Shown piece by piece: positions 15,841-20,000 of a stretch of 20,000 nucleotides of DNA. This DNA comes from an uncultured virus (IMG/VR IMGVR_UViG_3300010234_000006) (lineage: Duplodnaviria; Heunggongvirae; Uroviricota; Caudoviricetes): IMG/VR virus record IMGVR_UViG_3300010234_000006; one strand, 5' to 3'. The position numbers were made by a program, and so were the translations under genes. Below the pieces are notes generated by a model. The model was not told where the DNA came from, made no database searches, and saw nothing but the letters and a program-made list of their open reading frames with translations. Positions within the stretch are counted from its first letter, which is position 1; the number at the start of each line of letters is the position of its first letter.

Positions 15841-16391
15841 GCAACTTCGCACGAGACATCGAGGTCGCCCTCTTCGAAGCTCAGCGACCCTTCGCCCCCA
15901 AGGGCGAGAACGTCGACGACTTCATCGCGTGGCTCAACAATAAGAAGAGCCCCAACGAGTCCCAGCTCGCATGGAACATCACCCGCCATGCCACCGAGGC
16001 TGGGTTCGAGACCGAGGGCGCCTACCGCCGCCTCGTTGAGCTCAACCCATTCGGGAAGCTCGACAAGGAGGCCTCGAACCAGTGGACGCCTGAAGAGAAG
16101 AAGCAATCCCTCACCGTGGCCATCGTGACGGCAGGAGCGCTGAGTACGCTTTCCCGGAGCGAGGTTGCCTTTGTAAACGCGTTCGACAAGTTGAGCCGCC
16201 TCGGAGACGCCGACGGCATCAGCGTCACTCACGAGGACGTCAAGGACCTCCTGGCTCGTGTCTACAAGGCCGACACCGACACCACCCAGTCGAGGGAGTC
16301 CGAGGGCGGAGGGGGTACGGGTGCCCTGGTCCTGGTGGGCTTTCTCGCACTCGGCGCGTGGTGGCTCAAAGGCCGAAAGAAGAAGGCCTAG
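15837..16391 (+). CDS. C-terminally anchored hypothetical protein (184 aa)
   Basis: ATGA overlap with the upstream stop and AAGGAG RBS. Tail EGGGGTGALVLVGFLALGAWWLKGRKKKA. Confidence 0.8.
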   Translation: MSNFARDIEVALFEAQRPFAPKGENVDDFIAWLNNKKSPNESQLAWNITRHATEAGFETEGAYRRLVELNPFGKLDKEASNQWTPEEKKQSLTVAIVTAGALSTLSRSEVAFVNAFDKLSRLGDADGISVTHEDVKDLLARVYKADTDTTQSRESEGGGGTGALVLVGFLALGAWWLKGRKKKA

Positions 16392-17584
16392 ACGAGCTGC
16401 CAGAACGCATCCGAAGAGATGAAGTTCAAATATTCCATGGTCGTCGCCAGCAGCGACCCTTCGAGTTTCTTCTCGAATCGCTCAGCCTCTGCAGCAGTGT
16501 CAGGGATGAGCCAGTCGACTGTCACCGTGTAGCTCGCCGTGTCCTCGAGGTCTGACCATCGGCCACGGATGCTGATGCGGCGATGAGCTCTCACCTCTCG
16601 AACGGCCTGTCGCTTGTTGATGAGGTAGTCGTTCGCGATGTCGGTGAGCGCGGCCCGGCGAAGCTCCTCGGCCACTCCACCCTGCGCCGCGGTGCGCTCG
16701 AGCCACGAGGCGAAGCTCCCGTCGTCCCGGAAGCCCTTTGCCTGTATGAGGGCTTGTCGAGCCTGCGGATGATTGCTCATGTACTCTTTTGCGATCTGGA
16801 TTTGACCATCACGAACAAGCCTTGAGAGAGAAGGACGAATCGTCTCACTGAAGTCATCCAGAGACCTCTCGAGAGAGAGGAGGCTGAAGAACGCATCGAA
16901 GTCCTCGACTCGAATGGAGCTTCGCGTGCGTATGACCTGCGCGTCCATGTGACTCGATTCACCGTCGCGGACCTCGGTGTCGTTGTTTACGACGGCCTCG
17001 AGGATGAGCTGGGTTGCCGATTCGGTGTACGTCGATATCCAGCGCACCAAGCCCGAAGGGAAGGGCTGTGCAGGCAGTCCTTGTTCGACTCGTTCATCTA
17101 TCTCGGATTGAATGGTGCTCCACCCCAAGATCTGCTCGACGAGGAACCCGAGAAAGGTGCCGAGAGGGATCCTGGGCTCGAGGTCTGCAGGGGGCGACTC
17201 GAGCTTCAGAAGGTGGTCTCTCATGGTCTGGAACAGCTCGAATGAGATGTGGCCAAGTGGGTAGACGATCTTCCCCTCCTCGAGGAAGAAGGCATACGCA
17301 AAACGCATCCAGGCGTCCAAGGCCTCAGCCTTTTCTTCTTCCGTCTTCGCCTCCCCGAGGAGCTCGTGCGAGCGCTGTGCAGCATCCCGTGCGCCGACAA
17401 GGTAGGGGTGAACGCGAGCGATACGAGACAGAACGCCAAGGCTTGCCTGTGGGTCCGCGGCGAGGGCTTCGACCTCCTGCAACTCACCCCTGCGAAGAGC
17501 CATCGCGAGGAAGGCCTCCACATCCGAAGCATAGCCCATGCGCACAGAGCGAAGAAGTCTCGACCAAAGAATCTCGGAACTCAC
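16388..17584 (-). CDS. Alpha-helical hypothetical protein (398 aa)
   Basis: Long ORF whose GTG start overlaps the SOD stop (GTGA). Confidence 0.7.
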   Translation of the reverse strand: MSSEILWSRLLRSVRMGYASDVEAFLAMALRRGELQEVEALAADPQASLGVLSRIARVHPYLVGARDAAQRSHELLGEAKTEEEKAEALDAWMRFAYAFFLEEGKIVYPLGHISFELFQTMRDHLLKLESPPADLEPRIPLGTFLGFLVEQILGWSTIQSEIDERVEQGLPAQPFPSGLVRWISTYTESATQLILEAVVNNDTEVRDGESSHMDAQVIRTRSSIRVEDFDAFFSLLSLERSLDDFSETIRPSLSRLVRDGQIQIAKEYMSNHPQARQALIQAKGFRDDGSFASWLERTAAQGGVAEELRRAALTDIANDYLINKRQAVREVRAHRRISIRGRWSDLEDTASYTVTVDWLIPDTAAEAERFEKKLEGSLLATTMEYLNFISSDAFWQLV

Positions 17585-18276
17585 AGCAACCCCTTGACTA
17601 TCCTGTCGTAGACCCGACTCGCGTGGGCCCAGTCTACGAGACCAAAGAAGCGCTCAACGTAGGCGCGCTTGTCCGCATAGTAGTCGAGGAAGTACGCGTG
17701 CTCCCAAAAATCGATGCCGATGACAGGGAAGCCCCCGGCTCCTCCCAGGTCCATCTGAAGCGGGTTCTCTTGCAGGTCCGAAGTCGTGACCTGAAGAGGT
17801 CGTCCGTCAACCGGGAGCACGAGCCAGACCCACCCAGAGCCGACGGTGGCAAGGGCGAGATCTGTCATGAGCTTCACCATACTGTCGAAGCCGCCAGCGA
17901 AGCTCTCGTCAATAGCTCGAGCCAGCTCTCCCTCAGGGTAGCTCTTCGGCTTTGAGAGCGGCTGAAGCTGAGTGAACAGGATGGCGTGGTTCACAAACCC
18001 TCCGAGCTCGTAATCGAGACGCCTGTCATAGCCCCTCCAGCTCGAAAGGATCTGCAGGGCCGGCAGGCTTTCTTCGCGGAACCCCTTGGACGCAATCACC
18101 TCGTTGAGCCTGTTGCAGTACCCCGTGAACAGTGTGTCGTAGTGAATCTCGAGCGTCTTTGCAGACATTCTGGGCTCGAACGCCGAGTAGCTCTTGTATC
18201 CCTCGTCGAGAGAAGAGAACGGAGGGACCTCGAATGGGTACACTCCAATCACATCCAGCCAGTCGAGTTTCTTCAT
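17581..18276 (-). CDS. sodA: Fe/Mn-family superoxide dismutase (Mn-type signature residues)
   Basis: YSAFEP..SAKTLEIH, GGFVNH, GSGWVWL, LQENP, DFWEHAYFLDY...VDW. Start re-assigned to ATG 18276, downstream of the terminator. Confidence 0.9.
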   Translation of the reverse strand: MKKLDWLDVIGVYPFEVPPFSSLDEGYKSYSAFEPRMSAKTLEIHYDTLFTGYCNRLNEVIASKGFREESLPALQILSSWRGYDRRLDYELGGFVNHAILFTQLQPLSKPKSYPEGELARAIDESFAGGFDSMVKLMTDLALATVGSGWVWLVLPVDGRPLQVTTSDLQENPLQMDLGGAGGFPVIGIDFWEHAYFLDYYADKRAYVERFFGLVDWAHASRVYDRIVKGLL

Positions 18277-18327
18277 CGCTCTGTTCTCATCGATTTCTGG
18301 GAGCCTGCAGAGGCATGGTGTACGCAC

Positions 18328-18371
18328 AAAAAAAGGGCCAGCGCCGCACATCGTGTGTGCGGCGCTGGCCC
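18328..18371 (-). terminator. Rho-independent terminator
   Basis: Perfect 16-bp stem GGGCCAGCGCCGCACA (18335-18350) / TGTGCGGCGCTGGCCC (18356-18371), followed by T7 on the minus strand. Confidence 0.9.
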
Positions 18372-18395
18372 ATCGTATCCTGTTCTATCCTGCTC

Positions 18396-18626
18396 TCACA
18401 GCTTGCCGGCACGGACAAGCTCCCATCCGTGCTCGAGCAGCTCGCCGCCATCTTCGGGGGAGATGACCTTGCCGAGCAGCATCCCAACAATCGGCAGCTG
18501 CGGTTTGTATTTGGTCACGAAGTCCTCTTTGTCGAGAGTCTTCGCCTCATCGAGAATGGGTCCGGCCTGCGCCGGGAACTTGCTCTTCAGGTCAGAGAGC
18601 ATTTCAGTCCGTTCTTTCTCCGTCAT
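18396..18626 (-). CDS. Small hypothetical protein (76 aa)
   Basis: AAGGAG RBS. Followed by the strong terminator. Confidence 0.75.
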   Translation of the reverse strand: MTEKERTEMLSDLKSKFPAQAGPILDEAKTLDKEDFVTKYKPQLPIVGMLLGKVISPEDGGELLEHGWELVRAGKL

Positions 18627-18670
18627 GGTCTTGTTCTCCTTGTGTTATTCTGCCATCGGCACTCTTTGAG

Positions 18671-18916
18671 TTACCTGAACTTTGGCGTCAAGACAAGCTT
18701 TGGGGCGTGCTCCTGCCACAGCTTCCGAGCGAGGTCGGGGTCCTTGAGCGCACGGGCGAGCGCGAGCAGCCTCTTCCTTTGGTCCTTTCCGCGCTTGTGC
18801 TTCGACGGGTCGTCCGAGCGGCTGTAGTACCAGTCGTGCGCCCGCAGGGCTTTCTTGTAGGCCTCGATCGGGTCCTGCTGGCTGGGCTCGTCACTCTTCC
18901 TCAATGCTTCTGACAT
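18671..18916 (-). CDS. Small phage-type hypothetical protein (HDWYY-x-x-SDD motif)
   Basis: LRAHDWYYSRSDDPSKHKRG, a motif I associate with small phage proteins. AAGGAG RBS. Confidence 0.7.
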   Translation of the reverse strand: MSEALRKSDEPSQQDPIEAYKKALRAHDWYYSRSDDPSKHKRGKDQRKRLLALARALKDPDLARKLWQEHAPKLVLTPKFR

Positions 18917-19136
18917 GTTCTCTCCTTTGCCCTATGGGCCTTTCGTTCCTTGTTCCCGCGTGGTATCGGGTCGCGTCAATGTCGAGAAACTCGAACACTG
19001 TCTCTCCGTGAACGATGACGTGCGATTTGGGTTGCCTGTGACCGCACCATTGGCACTCCACCCACCTGCAAGATGCGATGGTCCCAATGGGCTTCATCTC
19101 ATGGCTGTCGCACACTTCACATCCCTTCTCTTCCAT
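18891..19136 (-). CDS. Zinc-ribbon protein
   Basis: CEVC...CQWC. AGGAGG-like RBS. Confidence 0.65.
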   Translation of the reverse strand: MEEKGCEVCDSHEMKPIGTIASCRWVECQWCGHRQPKSHVIVHGETVFEFLDIDATRYHAGTRNERPIGQRREHVRSIEEE

Positions 19137-19145
19137 TCGCCCCTC

Positions 19146-19400
19146 CTAGTTCCCACAGATAGGATCGTCGGAACTTTCAGATGGGCCGATGCCCAAATGT
19201 GGAAGCTCGATATCAATCCCGAACGTCTCCGATAGGTCTCGGAGCAGGTCGAGAGTAGACTCTCTCACCTCTGGGCTGAGGACATAGCGCGGTTGCCCTG
19301 CGCCCCACTGTGGGACATCATGCCACCCTTCCAATTTCGATGGTGGGAGGTGGAAGTGTGCCAGGAAACCCGTGAATGGTGGCTTGTCGTCAGTGCTCAC
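19146..19400 (-). CDS. Small hypothetical protein (84 aa)
   Basis: Fills the gap in the tightly packed minus-strand small-gene array. Confidence 0.55.
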   Translation of the reverse strand: MSTDDKPPFTGFLAHFHLPPSKLEGWHDVPQWGAGQPRYVLSPEVRESTLDLLRDLSETFGIDIELPHLGIGPSESSDDPICGN

Positions 19401-19665
19401 TGTCTTTGTCCTCCACGAGATCGCCCGAGTACCGAAACGGGCCCTTGATGACGCCTGCGAGAATCGAGAGGTCCGACGTGTCCTTCAGCCTCTCGGCCTC
19501 GCAGAAGCAGCAGAGGAGCACCCACCTGGAGCGGATGACGACCCCCACTTCCTTCTGCCATTCGAAGGGTGCGTTCATGTAAATCCATGTCCACGGTGTC
19601 CTCCCGAGCTGGTTGAGATGCTGGCACGAGAATCCTATCTCGCCAGCATCTGGTCTCTGCTTCAT
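19390..19665 (-). CDS. Small Cys/His-containing hypothetical protein
   Basis: Start re-assigned to ATG 19665 (ATGA overlap with the upstream peptide). CQH...CCFC. Confidence 0.55.
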   Translation of the reverse strand: MKQRPDAGEIGFSCQHLNQLGRTPWTWIYMNAPFEWQKEVGVVIRSRWVLLCCFCEAERLKDTSDLSILAGVIKGPFRYSGDLVEDKDSEH

Positions 19666-19772
19666 CGTCTTGCAGCCTTCGCCGTTTTCCACGGGAAGAT
19701 GAACCCGTAGATGGCGGCGATGATGCGCTCAATGAGCGACGTGAGCAGGTGTTGAATGAGCTGCTTTCTCAT
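19662..19772 (-). CDS. 36-aa hydrophobic/amphipathic peptide (below the ORF-track cutoff)
   Basis: MRKQLIQHLLTSLIERIIAAIYGFIFPWKTAKAARR*. AGGAGGGG RBS. Coupled to the downstream gene. Confidence 0.65.
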   Translation of the reverse strand: MRKQLIQHLLTSLIERIIAAIYGFIFPWKTAKAARR

Positions 19773-19781
19773 GCTCCCCTC

Positions 19782-20000
19782 CTATCCTTTGTCAGCGTAG
19801 CCAGCGGCCCGCACTTCGTCCACGAGACCATTCACGATCTCCTCGAATAGGCTACCGGTGATGTTCACCTTGAAGTCTGTGCTCTCAATGGACTCCACTC
19901 CATCCTCGAATCCAGCGACGGCGCTTCCTTCAATGCCGAGCTCCGAGAGCGTTTCCTTGAGGCGTTTAACGCGCGCCTCGTTCGACTCTCGCCTATCCTG
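19782..20000 (-). CDS. C-terminal part of a hypothetical protein (start outside window)
   Basis: Open frame QDRRESNEARVKRLKETLSELGIEG...RAAGYADKG* ending just before the next RBS. Confidence 0.6.
   Translation of the reverse strand, partial: QDRRESNEARVKRLKETLSELGIEGSAVAGFEDGVESIESTDFKVNITGSLFEEIVNGLVDEVRAAGYADKG

Noticed and set aside
18277..18351. 25-aa N-terminal extension of SOD
   Set aside because: It starts inside the terminator hairpin and lacks SOD similarity. ATG 18276 is more plausible.

Overview
A gene-dense, moderately GC-rich window that switches strand often. It reads as part of a large virus or other mobile element rather than core chromosome: mostly ORFan genes, overlapping start/stop codons and no housekeeping operons. 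Recognisable genes are a 5'-truncated ECF-type sigma factor with a long C-terminal extension, an XRE HTH regulator, a RelE/HigB-like toxin without an adjacent antitoxin, a GNAT acetyltransferase, a holin-like 2-TM protein, a fatty-acid-hydroxylase/sterol-desaturase family enzyme, a fibre/spike-like protein, two HExxH metallopeptidases, an Amidase_2-type peptidoglycan amidase and an Fe/Mn superoxide dismutase. The most striking pattern is that about 11 otherwise unrelated proteins carry one of two stereotyped single-helix membrane anchors. One is N-terminal ('MKxxTK-hydrophobic Ala/Gly helix-S-GG' and variants). The other is C-terminal ('GGG(G)-hydrophobic helix-WW/Y-poly-Lys/Arg') and occurs with no signal peptide. 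I infer a shared membrane-targeting code that loads diverse cargo, including a cell-wall amidase and a GNAT, onto a membrane, possibly that of a lipid-containing virion. No capsid, terminase, integrase, tRNA, rRNA or CRISPR array was recognised, so the viral assignment remains an inference.
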